A model generated the notes under the pieces. It did no database searches. It saw nothing but the letters and a program-made list of their open reading frames with translations, and was not told the origin of the DNA. From NCBI RefSeq assembly GCF_963921235.1, contig NC_086108.1, positions 93,560,001-93,624,000 of the forward strand: a stretch of 64,000 bases of DNA, written 5' to 3'. Below are positions 12,831 through 25,849 of this stretch, one piece after another; within the stretch, counting starts at the first letter, position 1, and each line of letters opens with the position of its first letter. Both the position numbers and the translations under genes were made by a program. The stretch comes from Mobula hypostoma. Taxonomy: Eukaryota.

Positions 12831-14254
12831 CGGCCTTCTTCTGGTTGGCTGTTGGTGACTACTAGTGTTCCACCAGAGGTCGGCATTGGTATCGCGTTTT
12901 TTCGCATTATATGTCAATGATTTGGATGACAAAATTGATGGCTTAGTGGCTATTTTTGCAGATAATACAAAGACAGGTGGAGGGGCAGGTAGCGGTGAGA
13001 CTGCAGAAAGACTTAGACAGGTTGGGAGAATAGGCAAAGAAGCAGCAGATGGAATATAGTGTAGGGAAGTGTAAGGTTGTGCACTTTGGTAGAAGGAATA
13101 AAGGTGTAGTCGATTTTCTAAATGTGGAGAAAATCCAAAAATCCTGCAAAGGGACTTGGGAGTCCTCGTGCAGGATTCCCTAAAGGCTAATTTGCAGGTT
13201 GGGTTGGTGGTTAGGAAAGAAAATGCAATGTTAGCATTCACTTTCAGAGGACCAGAATATAAAAGCAAGGATGTAATACTGAAACTTCATAAGGCATTGT
13301 TCAGACCACACTTGGAGGGAGTATTGTGAGTAGTTTTGGGTTCCCTTTTCTAAGAAAAGATGTGCTGGCATTGGAGAGGGACAGAGGTAATTCACAAGAA
13401 TGGTTCTTGAAATGAAAGGATCAACATTTGAGGAGCGTTTGATGACTCTGGGCCAATACTCGCTGGAGTTTAGAAGAATGATGGGGGATCTCATTGAAAC
13501 CTATTGAATTTTGAAAAGCCTGGATAAAGTGGCTGTAGAGAGGCTGTTACCTACAGTGAAGGAGTCTAGCATCAGAGTGCACAGTCTCAGAATAGATGTC
13601 CATTTACAACAGAGATGAGGAGGAATTTCTTTATCCAGAGAGTAGTAAATCTGTGGAATCCATTGCCATTGATGGCTATGGAGGCAACGTAATTGGGTAT
13701 ATTTACAGTGCCTATAAAAAAGTATTCACCCCCCCCCCCGAGGTTTTCATCTTTTATTATTTTACAAAATTGAATCTCAATGGATTTAATTTGACTTTTT
13801 GACACTAATCAACAGAAAACAACTCTTTTGTGTCAATGTGAAAACACGTCACTACAAAGTGATCTAAACTAGGTACAGCTATAAAACACAATGGTCATGG
13901 GTATGATTCTAAACTGCAAGCGGTGATGAGGCTCTGATTGGGGACTTTCAGAGCTTTGGGGAAAGTGGAGTTACCCCTTAGTCATTCATTGCTCCCAGGG
14001 CCGCTCTAAACCAGAACGGTAGCACCTGCAAGGGTTCCTGCCCAGGATACGAGTGAAGGCCAACGGCAGATCTGGCAGGTTCAGTAACTGAACTTAAGAT
14101 GGAGAAGGTGGGTGAGCTAGGACCTCAAATGTCAATGGCTATAGTACAGGCGGATGAACATTTGTGAAGAGAAATGGCGATTAACGGTAGGCAATAGCAA
14201 ACCACCGTTCCTAGATACTAGGTTTCCAAGAATCTATTTGCTAAGAAAACATGG

Positions 14255-15791
14255 AAAAACATAGAAAACATAGAAAATTGGCCCTTCGAGCCTGCACCGC
14301 CATTTATTATGATCATGGCTGATCATCCAACTCAGAACCCTGTACCAGCCTTCCCTCCATACCCCCTGATCCCCGTAGCCACAAGGGCCATATCTAACTC
14401 CCTCTTAAATATAGCCAATGAACTGGCCTCAACTGCTTCCTGTGGCAGAGAATTCCACAGATTCACCACTCTCTGTATGAAGAAGTTTTTCGTAATCTCA
14501 GTCCTAAAAGGCTTCCCCTTTATCCTCAAACTGTGACCCCTCGTTCTGGACTTCCCCAACATCGGGAACAATCTTCCTGCATCTAGCCTGTCCAATCCCT
14601 TTAGGATTTTATACGTTTCAATCAGATCCCTCCTCAATCTTCTAAATTCCAACGAGTACAAGCCCAGTTCATCCAGTCTTTCTTCATATGAAAGTCCTGC
14701 CATCCCAGGAATCAATCTGGTGAACCTTCTTTGTACTCCCTCTATGGCAAGGATGTCTTTCTTCAGATTAGGGGACCAAAACTGCACACAATACTCCAGG
14801 TGTGGTCTCACCAAGGCCTTGTACAACTGCAGTAGTACCTCCCTGCTCCTGTACTCGAATCCTCTCGCTATAAATGCCAGCATACCATTCGCCTTTTTCA
14901 CCGCCTGCTGTACCTGCATGCCCACTTTCAATGACTGGTGTATAATGACACCCAGGTCTCGTTGCACCTCCCCTTTTCCTAATCGTCCACCATTCAGATA
15001 ATAATCTGTTTTCCTATTTTTGCCACCAAAGTGGATAACTTCACACTAATCCACATTAAATTGCATCTGCCATGAATTTGCCCACTCACCGAACCTATCC
15101 AAGTCACTCTGCATCCTCTTAGCATCCTCCTCACAGCTAACACTGCCACCCAGCTTCGTGTCATCCGCAAACTTGGAGATGCTGCATTTAATTCCCTCAT
15201 CCAAGTCATTAATATATATTGTAAACAACTGGGGTCCCAGCACTGAGCCTTGCGGTACCCCACTAGTCACCGCCTGCCATTCTGAAAAGGTTCCGTTTAT
15301 TCCCACTCTTTGCTTCCTGTAGGCTAACCAATTCTCCATCCACATCAATACCTTACTCCCAATACCGTGTGCTTTAAGTTTGCACACTAATCTCCTGTGT
15401 GGGACCTTGTCAAAAGCCTTTTGAAAATCCAAATATACCACATCCACTGGTTCTCCCCTATCCACTCTACTAGTTACATCCTCAAAAAATCCTATGAGAT
15501 TCGTCAGACATGATTTTCCTTTCACAAATCCATGCTGACTTTGTCCGATGATTTCACCGCTTTCCAAATGTGCTGTTATCACATCTTTGATAACTGACTC
15601 CAGCAGTTTCCCCACCACCGACGTCAGGCTAACCAGTCTATAATTCCCCGGTTTCTCTCTCCCTCCTTTTTTAAAAAGTGGGGTTACATTAGCCACCCTC
15701 CAATCCTCAGGAACTAGTCCAGAATCTAACGAGTTTTGAAAAATTATCACTAATGCATCCACTATTTTTTGGGCTACTTCCTTAAGCACTC
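14255..15791 (-). mobile_element. Young 5'-truncated CR1 in the RTE 5'UTR
   Basis: ORFs 15046-~15790 (YLDFQKAFDKVPH, GVPQGSVLGP, KFADDTK) and 14332-14967; (AAAACATAG)n tail; CATGG duplicated at 14250-14254 and 15792-15796. Confidence 0.95.
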
Positions 15792-16632
15792 CATGGTCAA
15801 ACTCACAAAATGTATCACACAACAACAGCATCAAGAGGATCTTCAAGACAACTCTGAAGATGCTTCGCTCGGTAGGGTTTATTCTGGTCAGCAGGGAATC
15901 CCCGACCGACATCAAGCTACTGCTCATAAAATTCAAGTAACACAATAGAAAATTATTGCCACTTGGAATGTAAGAACCTTATATCAAGCAGGAAGATTGG
16001 ACAATGTGATAAATGAAATGGAAAGACTGAAGATTAACATCATGGGATTTAGCGAAATTCGTTGGATAGGTGCTGGAACACGTCAGAATAGAAATAAAAC
16101 ACTAAATTATTCTCGTGGAACATCCCATACTAATGGAATAAGTATAGATGAAAACATGGCAAAAAACGTTTTAGGACATTGGGCAATAGCAGAAAGAGTG
16201 CTCCTTGTTAGATTCAGAGGACAACCATTTGATTTAGCAATTATACAGGTATATGCACCAACAACAGATGGAACAAATGAAGATACAGATAAATTCTATG
16301 AAGAGCTTGAACAAGCAAAGAATAGATGCAAATCTCAAGATATTGTTATTGTCATGGGAGATCTAAATGCTAAAGTAGGACAAGGTGCTGATGGAAATAC
16401 CATAGGAAAATTTGGACTAGGGGAAAGGAATGAGAGAGGTGAGAAATGGGTAGAATGGTGCAAGATGAATAATCAGGTCATTATGAATACCTACTTTAAA
16501 AACCATCCAAGACGCTTGTGGACCTGGAAAAGTCCAGGTGATAACACTAGAAATCAAATTGACTTTATTACTATAAACCAAAGATTTAGAAACTCAGTGA
16601 CTCAATGCAAAACATATCCAGGTGCAAACTGC

Positions 16633-16876
16633 AAACAGAGAGTGGTGAATCTGTGGAATTCTCTGCCACAGCAAACTGTTGAGGCCAGTTCATTGGCTAT
16701 GTTTAAGAGGGAGTTAGATATGGCCCTTGTGGCTACAGGGGTCAGGGGGTGTGGAGGGAAGGCTGGGGCGGGGTTCTGAGTTGGATGATCAGCCATGATC
16801 ATAATAAATGGCGGTGCAGGCTCGAAGGGCCGAATGGCCTACTCCTGCACCTATTTTCTATGTTTCTATGTTTCTG
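16633..16876 (+). mobile_element. CR1 3' end inserted in the RTE endonuclease domain
   Basis: QRVVNLWNSLPQ... and a (TTCTATGT)n tail interrupt the RTE YPGANC|NSDH motif. Confidence 0.92.
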
Positions 16877-19800
16877 TGTAATAGTGACCATAACCCAGTA
16901 TATGTCATGTAAAAGTAAATCTTAAAAAACTAAAGAAGCAAAATCCTGAACAATCCCTTGACTACTTTCAATTAATTAAAGAAGAAAACTTAAAGACAAA
17001 AATTTACAATTGAAGTAAGGAATAGATTTCAAAGTCTAGAAATAGAATTTGTTGAAGATGATAGCAATCATGTAGAAATGAAATTTAACTCTTTAAAGGA
17101 TGCCTTGGTAGAATCAGCAAAGGCAGTGATTCCTAAAAAAGAAAAAAGCACAAAGAATAAGTGGATGACAGATGAAATCAAAAATCTAATGGAAGAAAGG
17201 AGACGAAAGAAAGCAAATCTGATAGAATAGAAGTCCTTAGATAAAAAAGTTAAAAGCTTATGTCAAAAAGCCAAAGAGGAATGGTTAAACCAGGAATGTG
17301 AGCAAATAGAAAGAATCCCTATTACCAATCAAAGAAGGTTACATCAACAAATCAAGAATATCACTGGTAAAAAGCTCCTCTGTTCTTCAGGTGGATGTTT
17401 GAAAGCAAAGGATGGTACCATTATCATGGAAAAAGATGAGATTATGAACAGATGGACTGAGTATATTCAGGAATTGTTTGAAGACAATCGAGGTGAAAAA
17501 CCAGAAATTAAGAAAGACATTGAAGGTCCAAGTATTTTAAAATCTGAAGTTCGTAATGCAATAAATAAGATGAAGAAAGGAAAGGCAACAGGTCCTGATG
17601 AATTAGTAATCGAACAAATTATCACCCTTGAAGATTATGGAATTGAAAAATTTACTGATTTAATCAATGACATTTATGAGACTGGAATAATACCAGAAGA
17701 GATGAAAAAATCAGTATTTATCACTCTTCCTAAGAAACTTGGAGCAATAGAATGTGAATTACATAGGACCATAAGTTTAATGAGTCATATCACCAAGATA
17801 CTTTTAAGAATTTTGATGACAAGAGCTAAAAGTAAGATACAAGCTGAAATAGGTAAAGAACAATGTGGTTTTGTGAAAGACAAAGGTACAAGAAATGCAA
17901 TATTGATGTTAAGGATACTATCAGAACGAGCTATTCAAGTGCAAAAAGATTTGTTTGTTTGTTTTATCGACTACACAAAAGCATTTGATAAAGTGAAGCA
18001 CAATAAGTTATTTGAAATATTACAGAAAACTCTAGATCTAGATTTGAAAGACCTCCGCCTAATCAGAAATCTGTACTGGGAACAGTCTGCCGCTGTAAAA
18101 ATAGATGGAGAAGCGAGTAAGTTTACGAAAATCAAGAGAGGCATTAGACAAGGGTGTGTTTTCTCCCCTGATTTATTTAATGTGTACAGTGAAACAATAT
18201 TACAAAAAATAAGAGACATCTTGGGAATCAAAGTTGGTGGTGAAAACATCAATAATTTCAGATATGCAGATGACACTGTGTTAATTGCAAGTACGGAGGA
18301 AGAACTACAAAACATAATTGATATAATTGTTGAAGAAAATGCAAAAATGGGTCTGTCTATCAATTGCAAAAAGACAGAATGTATGGTGATATCCAAAAAG
18401 AAGGAGAATCCTATCTGCAGGCTGAGAATAAACGGGGAAGACATAAAACAAGTACAGAACTTTTGCTACTTAGGAAGCTGGGTGACATCAGATGGCAGGT
18501 GCGACATGGACATCAAAAGAAGAATAGGGATGGCAAAAGACACCTTTACGAGAATGAAGAGTATACTGACCAATACTAAACTAGACATGGCAACCTGCCT
18601 CAGAGTACTGAAATGTTACGTTTATCCAGTTATTTTATATGGCTCAGAATGTTAGACAATACCTAGAAACACGAGGAAATGAATTGAAGCAGCAGAGATG
18701 TGGTTTTTGAGGAGGATGTAAATATCATGGACAAAACAAATATCTAACGAGGATGTCATGAACAGAGCAAGCACAAAAAGAGAAATAATGTACGAGATCA
18801 TGAAAAGGCAACGCAACTTCATTGGACATGTGATTAGGAAAGAGGAGTTAGAATGCACAGTAATTATGGGAAAGATTGAAGGGAAGAAAGCAAGAGGAAG
18901 ACAAAGTCAAATGATGATGGAGACAGGAGCCAGAGAACTGGAAATGAATACCAATGAATTGATCCACTTGATCCAAAACAGGTGTGTGTGGGCCATGGCA
19001 GTCAAAGCTCAAACTGGGCACAGCACCTGATGATGATGATGATGATGATAAAACATATGTATTCACCCCCACCCCCCTTCAGAATGACACACCAAACTAG
19101 TACTGGTGCAGCCAATTGGTTTTAGAAGTCAAAAAATTAGTTAAATGGAGATCTGTTTTTGGAGACCTGTGTGTAGTCAAGGTGTTTCAATTGACTGTAG
19201 TAAAAATATACCTGTATCTGGAAGGTCCAACTGCTGGTGAGTCAGTATCCAGGCAATAACTACACCATGAAGACAAAAGAACACTCCAAACAACCCTGAA
19301 AAAAGGTTACTGAAAAGCCCAAGTCAAGAAATGGATACTAGAAAATTTCCAAGTCACTGAGTATCCCTTGGAGTACAGTTAAATTAATCATCAAGGAATA
19401 GAAAGAACATGGCACAGCTGTACATCTGTCTAGAGCAGGCCGTCCTCAAAAACTGAGTAACCGTGCAAGAATGGGACTAGTGAGGGAGGCCACCAAGAGA
19501 CCTATGACAACTCTGGAGGAGTTACAAGCTTCGATGGCTGGGATGGGATAGACTGTTTATACAACTGTTGCCTGGATGCTTCAACAGTCACAATTTTATG
19601 GGAGAGTGGCAAAGAGAAAGGCACTGTTGAAAAAAACTCACATGAAATCTCAGCTAGAGTTTGCCAGAAGGCATCTGGATGATTCTGAAATCAGCTGGAA
19701 GAAGGTTCTATGGTCTGATGAAACCAAAATTGAGCTTTTTGGCCATCAGACTAAATGCTGTATTTGGCATAAGCCAAACACTGCACATCATCAAAAACAC

Positions 19801-20594
19801 ACCATCCCTACTGTGAAGCGTGGTGGTGGCTGCATCATGCTGTGGGGATGCCTCACTGCAGTAGGCCCTGGAAGGTCTGTGAAAGTAGAGGGTAAAGTGA
19901 ATGCAGCAAAATACAGGGAAATCCTGGAGGGAAACCCAATGCAGTCTGCAAGAGAACTTGATTTGGGAGATTAGTTTTCCAGCGAGACTATAACCCCAAC
20001 CATAAACCCAAAGCTAGACAGGGATGGCTTAAAAACAACAAAGCTAATGTCCTGGAGTGGCCAAGTCAGAGTCCAAACTTCAATCCAATTAAGAATTTGT
20101 GCCTGGACTTGAAAAGAGCTGTTCACTCATGATCCCCATGCAATCTGACAGATCTTGAGCAGTTTTGTAAATAGGATGGGGAAAAATTGCAGCGTCCATA
20201 TGTGAAAAGCTGATAGAAACCCATCCACACAGACTCAAGGCTGTAATTGCTGCCAAAGGTGTATCTACTAAACACTGACTTGAAGGGATTGAATATTTTG
20301 CAAGCGGTTTATTTTTTTGTTTTATATTTGTAGTTAATTTAGATCACTTTGTAGAGATCTGTTTTCACTTTGACATGAAAGAGTTTTTTTTTCTGTTGAT
20401 CAGTGTCAAAAGAAGCCAAATTAAATCCACCGTGATTCAATGTTGTAAAACAATAAAACATGAAAACTTCCAAGGGTGGGGGGAGGGTGAGTACTTTTTT
20501 AGGCACTGTAAAACGGAGGTAGAAAGGTTCTTGATTAGTCAAGCAGTAAAGAGTTACAGAAGAGAAGACAGGATAATGGTTTTGGGAGGGATAA

Positions 20595-21702
20595 TAAGTT
20601 CAAAGTAAATCCATTATAAAAGTACACATATGTCACCGTATACAACACTGAGATTTATATTCTTTAGGAGGTTCACATTAAGTACAAAGGAACAAAAAAT
20701 AATAATAAATAAATAAACAATAAATATTGAGAACATGAAATGAAGAGTCTTTGCAAATGCGTCCATAGGTTATGGGAATGGCTCAGTGATGCAGTAAGAC
20801 CACAAGACCAAGGAGCAGAATTAGGCCATTCAGCCCATCGAGTCTGCTCCTCCATTCCATCATGGCTGATCCTGGATCCCACTCAACCCAATATACCTGC
20901 CTTCTTGTCATATCCTTTGATGCCCTGACTAATCAGGAAACAATCAACTTCTGCCTTAAGTATACCCACGGACTTAGTGTCCACCACAGTCTGTGGCAGA
21001 GCATTCCACAGATTTACTACTCTCTGGCTAAAATAGTCCCTCTGTATCTCTACAGTGAGTGAAATTATCCTCCCTGTTCAAGTGCCTGATCGTTGTGATC
21101 CATCCTGATGGCAGCAGCGAGAAGTGAGCATTGCCTGGATGGTGGGGGGTCCTTGACGAGAGATGTTATTTTCCTGCGACAGTGCTCCATGTAGATGTGC
21201 GCAGTGATGGGGAGAGCTTTACTCCCGATGGACAGGGATGTATCCACTACTTTTTTGTAGTCTTTTCTGTTCAAGTTCATTGGTGTTTCCATACCAGGCT
21301 GAGATGCAGCAATTCAGCACATTCTCCACCACGTATCTAAAGAAATTTGTCAAGGTTTTAGATGACACGCCAAATTTGTGCAAAGTTCTAAGAAAGTAGA
21401 AACTCTGCTGTGCTTTCTTTGTAATGGCATTTACGTGCTGGCCCTCTGAAATGATAACACCGAGGCATTTAAAGTTGCCGGCCCTCTCCTCCTTTGATCC
21501 CCTGATGAGGGCTGGCTCATGGATCTCCGATTTCCTCTTCCTGTAGTCAATAATTAGCTCCTCGATCTTTCTAGACATTGAGAAAAGTTTATTGTGGCAT
21601 CACTCTGCCAGATTTTCAATCTCCCTCCTATATGCAGACACATGATTACCTTTGGTTTAGTCAACGATAGTGGTGTTGTCAGAAAGCTTAAATATGGCAC
21701 TG
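20595..21702 (-). mobile_element. Degenerate Rex1 containing a CR1 3' end (~20795-21050)
   Basis: ORFs 21219-21578 (ELIIDYRK...FKCLGV...KKAQQSFYFLRTL) and 21065-21292. Confidence 0.8.
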
Positions 21703-22330
21703 GATAGATAGATAGATAGATAGACAGACATACTTTATTGATCCCGAGGGAAATTGGGTTTTGTTACAGTTGCACCAACCAAGAATAGAGCATAAATATA
21801 GCAATACAAAAACCACAATCAAACAACAATATGAAAACTATGCCAGATGGAAATAAGTCCAGGATCAGCCTATTGGCTCAGGGTGCCTGACCCTTCATGG
21901 GAGGAGCTGCAAAGTTCGATGGCCACTGGCAGGAACAACCTCCCGTGACGCCCAGTGTTGTATCTCGGTGGAATATGGCCAGAGTCCAACAGCAAAGAGT
22001 TCAATATCCGGGCTACAAACACGTTCCTCGATCGTAATATGACCAGGATTGCACCATCCATTGTTAACCAGAACAGCGAGCCCCCAACTCCTTTACGCTT
22101 ACCGCTCTCAGTGCACTTCCGGTCAGCCCGAATGGTCTGGAAGCCCTCCATGGAAAAGTTTTGGTCTGGTATGTCCTCGTGCAGCCACGTTTCAGTAAAA
22201 CACATAACACTGATCTCCCGAAATGTTCTCTGACTCCTAGCTAGCACCGTCAACGCATCCATTTTATTACCCACCGAACTCCTCATCTCCATAAGTCTCT
22301 GTTGTCTCGACCCGGTCCTCTTTCCTCACA
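21703..22330 (-). mobile_element. Internally deleted Rex1 derivative (EN N-terminus fused to the extreme 3' end), (ATCT)n tail
   Basis: ORF 21870-22292 carries NKMDAL...MCFTETWL...RADR and PPRYNTGRHGRLFLPVAIEL...SGTLSQ. The 3'UTR matches 11020-11125. Confidence 0.85.
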
Positions 22331-22464
22331 TTTGTGATCCCCCTCTGCATCCTCTGTGTGTTTTCCTCCAGATTTCAGCAGGGGTGTCCGCCTTTGTACT
22401 TAAGACTTAGCTTCACAGTCTTAAGTACAAAGTGAGTAGCAAGGGACTAAGCACACAGCCTTCT

Positions 22465-22870
22465 CACTGTCCATGCTCTCTTCTTGCGGCTGCCATCAGG
22501 AAGAAGGTATAGGAGCCTCAAGATCCACACCACTAAGTTTGAGAACAGTTATTAACCCTCAACCATCAGACTCTTAAACCAGTGGAGATAATTTGACTTG
22601 CCCCATCAATGAACTGTTCCCATAACCTTTGGACTTACTTTTGAGGATTCTTCATCTCACATGCTTATTCACCATTATTTCTTTTTTTCTGTTTTGGCAC
22701 AGTTTATTGTGCTTTGCACATTGGTTGTTTGTCTACCCTGTTGGCAGCAGTCCGTCATTGATTCTGTTGTGTTTCTTGGATTTATTGAGTATGCCCACAA
22801 GGAAAACAAATCTCAGTATTGTATATGGTGTAATGTACTGATAATAAATTTACCTTGAACTTTGAACTTT
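22465..22870 (+). mobile_element. Rex1-type 3' end inserted in an opposite-strand Rex1
   Basis: HALF...LPSGRRYRSLK-like remnant; AATAAA plus (TTGAACT)n tail. Confidence 0.7.
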
Positions 22871-24900
22871 GTGGTGCACCTGTGCTGATGGTGATTGCTG
22901 TGAAAATGTTGCCAATCCAAACTGACTGGAGTCAGTAGGTGAGGAAATCGAGGATTCAGTTGCAGAAGGAGGTATTGAGGCCTCGGTCTTGCAGCTTACT
23001 ATTAGTTTTGAGGGGAGGATAGTATTGAATGCCAAGCTGTAGACAATAAAGAGCATCCTGATGTTTGTATCTTCGCTGTTCAAAGGTTCCAGAGTTGAGT
23101 GAAATGCCTGTGGAATGGCATCTGCTGTTGAGCTTTTGTGACAGTAGGCAAATTGGAGTGGATCCAGGTCAGTCTTCAGACAGGAATTGAATGTTTCATC
23201 ACCGGCCTCTCCAAGCACCTCATCACAGTAGACATCAATGCTACTGGATGATAGACATTGAGGAAACTAACCATGTTCTCCTTAGGCACCGGAAGAATTG
23301 AAACCTGCTTGAAGCAGGTTGGTACCTCGGACTGTTGAAGCAAGAGGATAAAGACATCAGTGAACACTCCTGCCATTGGATCAGAAACACAAGAGATTCT
23401 GCAGATGCTGGAAATCCAGAGCAACACAGACAAAATATTGCAGGAACTCAGCAGGTCAGGCAGCATTTATGGAAATGAGTAAGTAGTCGACGTTTCATGC
23501 CAAGTCCTTTCATCAGGACTGGAAAGGAAGGGGGAAGATGCAGAATAAAAGGTAGGGGAAGGGGAAGGAATACAAACTAGAATGTGATAGGTGAAACCAG
23601 GGAAGGGGGCTGAAGTAAGAAGCTGGGAGGCAATAGGTGGAAAAGCTAAAGGTTTAGAGAAATTGGAATCTGATAGGAGAGCAGAGTGGACCATGGGAGA
23701 AAGGGAACACGGAGGGGCACCGGGGGAGGTGTTAAGCAAGTGAGAAGAAGTGGGGTGTGGGCAGAGTGGGGAAATGAAGAGGGATGAGGGAGGTGGAAAC
23801 AATTCTGGAAGTTGGTGAAATCAATGTTCATGCCATCAGGTTGGAGGCTACTCAAACTGTATAAGAGGTGTTGTTCCTCCAACCTGAGAGTGGCTTCATC
23901 GTGGACATGTCAGAATAGGAATGGGGACTGGAATTGAATGGTTGCTTTTTGCAGATGGGGTGAAGATGCTCGATAAAGTGGTCCCCCAGTCTATGTTGGG
24001 ACTCACCAATGTAGAGGAGGCTGCTTTAGGAGCACCTGATACAGTAGATGACCACAATAGATTTATAGGTGAAGTGTTGGCACACCTGGAAATACTGTTT
24101 TGGGTCCCTGAATGGAACTGAGGGCAGAAGTGAATGGGCAGGTGTAACTCTTCTGCCATTTGAGGGATAAGTGCCAGGAGGGAGGTTAGTGGGGAGGGAC
24201 AAATGGACTAGGGAAGAGAGCCATCACAAAGGGAGCAATCCCTGCAGAAAGCAGAGCCAGTTGATCAGCTCAGGTGTTTAGTACATGGCCAGGTTCCCTG
24301 TCTGGACCCAATGCTTTCCATGGGTTTACCACCCCCACCCCCGAAAGAAATTCTCATGTTAGCCTCGGAAGCTGAAATCACAGGATCATTGGGGGCTGTG
24401 GGAGTTTGTGAAGGGTGCCTCCGTGTTTTGATGGTCAAAACGAGCATAAAAGGCATTGAGCTCATCTGAGAGTAAAACCTACTTGGTCACTTGGTTTCAC
24501 TTTGTAGGAGGTGATGGCACTCAAGCTCTGCCCCAGCCGTCGAGCATCCTTCAACGACTCGAGTTTGGTGCAGAATCGTCATTTCACATGTCAGATGGCT
24601 TTCCTGAGGTCGTGCTGGACCTTTTGTATTTTATTTTGGTACCAGGCCAGAACAGCACTGATTTGGCCCTCAGCAGGTTGCCGGTCTCTGGGTTCATCCA
24701 GGGCTTCTGTTTGGGGAAGACTGTGACGGATTTTGTGGACACACACTCATCTGCAGTTGTTTTTATGAAGTCCATGACAGCTGTGGCCTTTTCGTTCAGA
24801 TCCTCTGATGAGTCCTTGAACTCATTTGAAGCAATGGTGTGGCCACTCTACCGATTTAAAGCAATCCTGTAGCCACTCCTCTGCCTCCTGTGACCATCTG
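22870..24900 (-). mobile_element. Degenerate Rex1, interrupted by a Penelope-like element
   Basis: ORFs 22850-23218 (LDPLQFAY...RMLFIVYS.AFNTI) and 24584-24775 (VFPKQKPWMN). Confidence 0.8.
23385..24255 (-). mobile_element. Penelope-like element 3' part (GIY-YIG remnant plus pLTR with hammerhead motif at 23485-23520)
   Basis: EEQHLLYSLSSLQPDGMNIDF and LLYIGE remnants. Imperfect 13-bp TSD gccattggatcag (23372-23384) / gccagttgatcag (24256-24268). Confidence 0.85.
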
Positions 24901-25849
24901 TTTGTTGTCCTGTATCTTTGCAATCTTTAAAGCAACCATGATGGAATGGCGGAGCAGACTCGATGGGCTGAATGGCTTAATTCTGCTCCTGTGTCTTATG
25001 GTCTATGGTTTTGCATAACTGGATGCTACGTAGCTCTTCAAATACATGGGCAGCGGAATTTTGTGTCCACTGAGCTTACAGAGTAGTTAAAGGCAGGCCA
25101 GACAGAAGTGCAGTGGGATAATCAGAGATGATAAAGATGGGAGTTTCAACCACAGATGTTATGAGGTGAGTAGATTCCAGTAATATTGTGAAAGTGAAAA
25201 TATGTGCTCCATGTGATGGCCTATAAATCTGCACAAGTTTTGTTTAATCCAGAGCTTTTGCAGTTTAATTTCACTGATATGATTAAAAATACTAAAAATC
25301 CAAAAATTGAAAGATATTTTATGTGAACAGTAGCTAATTTTATTTGAATTTTTGGGCCACCTTACCAGTTCAATATACTTTTAAATTCTAATTCTACCAA
25401 CTTCTTGAACCAAACTATGTTAAGAAGCTTGTAGTGATATAGCCACCAATTAAGTATGAGTCAGTGAAGGAAAGCTATGTACAGGTCTTATAATAGAATC
25501 TGCCTTCGTATTTGTTACTCTGTCAATGCATGCATAGATACACAGTAATAATCTATCTACCAAAATCATGTCATGTTGTTGATACTGTGAGCTCAATTAT
25601 TAATTCAACAGTCCAATCTTTTAGTTAAAAGGAACGGCAAAATTAGATAGAAAATGCTAATGCAATTCTAAATATTAATTGTTTTATATTAACTATTTGG
25701 AGTTTTATGCAATTAAAATACAGAGCTCTTTAACAAACAGAGATTTATAATTTCAAAAGTTGATATGATTTTGGTAGTTAGCCTGTAAAGATCGTGCTTT
25801 TATCCAATTTGTTCTGTTACTCGGTCAGTGGAGGTTTTACTGAACTGCA

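Larger units (their letters stand above)
13891..19049 (+). mobile_element. Near full-length RTE-clade LINE (APE plus RT), split by two CR1 insertions
   Basis: IATWNVRTL; ORF 15997-16632 (QVYAPT, MGDLNAKVG, NQIDFI); ORF 17399-18655 (FIDYTKAFDKV, RQGCVFSP.LF, RYADDTVL); C-terminus GKKARGRQ; (GAT)n tail 19028-19049; approximate TSD ataaaaca at 13881-13888 and 19048-19055. Confidence 0.95.
13706..20508 (+). mobile_element. Tc1 (same Passport-like family as 4320-5742), interrupted by an RTE
   Basis: TA|CAGTGCCTATAAAAAAG...TTTTTTAGGCACTG|TA. Transposase ~19267-20278 includes ORF 19576-19974 (WSDETKIELFG...GGGCIMLWGC) and a WPSQSP.FNPI remnant, with stops and frameshifts. Confidence 0.95.
11160..20595 (+). 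mobile_element. Old CR1 LINE (11160-13705, resuming 20509-20595), outer shell of the nest
   Basis: Degenerate EN/RT remnants (12174-12452 GFLNGKSCLT.LLEFFEEIT; 12865-13059 YVNDLD...FADNTK). The 3' end gggtatatt|TA|aaacggaggtagaaaggttcttg rejoins across the Tc1. Confidence 0.85.

Noticed and set aside
13930..13960. GGCTCTG/CAGAGCT stem in the RTE 5'UTR as P1 of an HDV-like ribozyme
   Set aside because: The enclosed ~12 nt are too short for P2, P3 and L3, and no P1.1 GG follows; it is a simple hairpin.
15997..16779. 260-aa ORF as a novel endonuclease gene
   Set aside because: It is the RTE APE domain running in frame into an inserted CR1 3' end, and it loses the catalytic SDH motif.
21703..21729. 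(GATA)n and other short tandem repeats as arrays or CRISPR
   Set aside because: They are LINE 3' tails; there are no repeat-spacer arrays or cas genes, and the context is eukaryotic.
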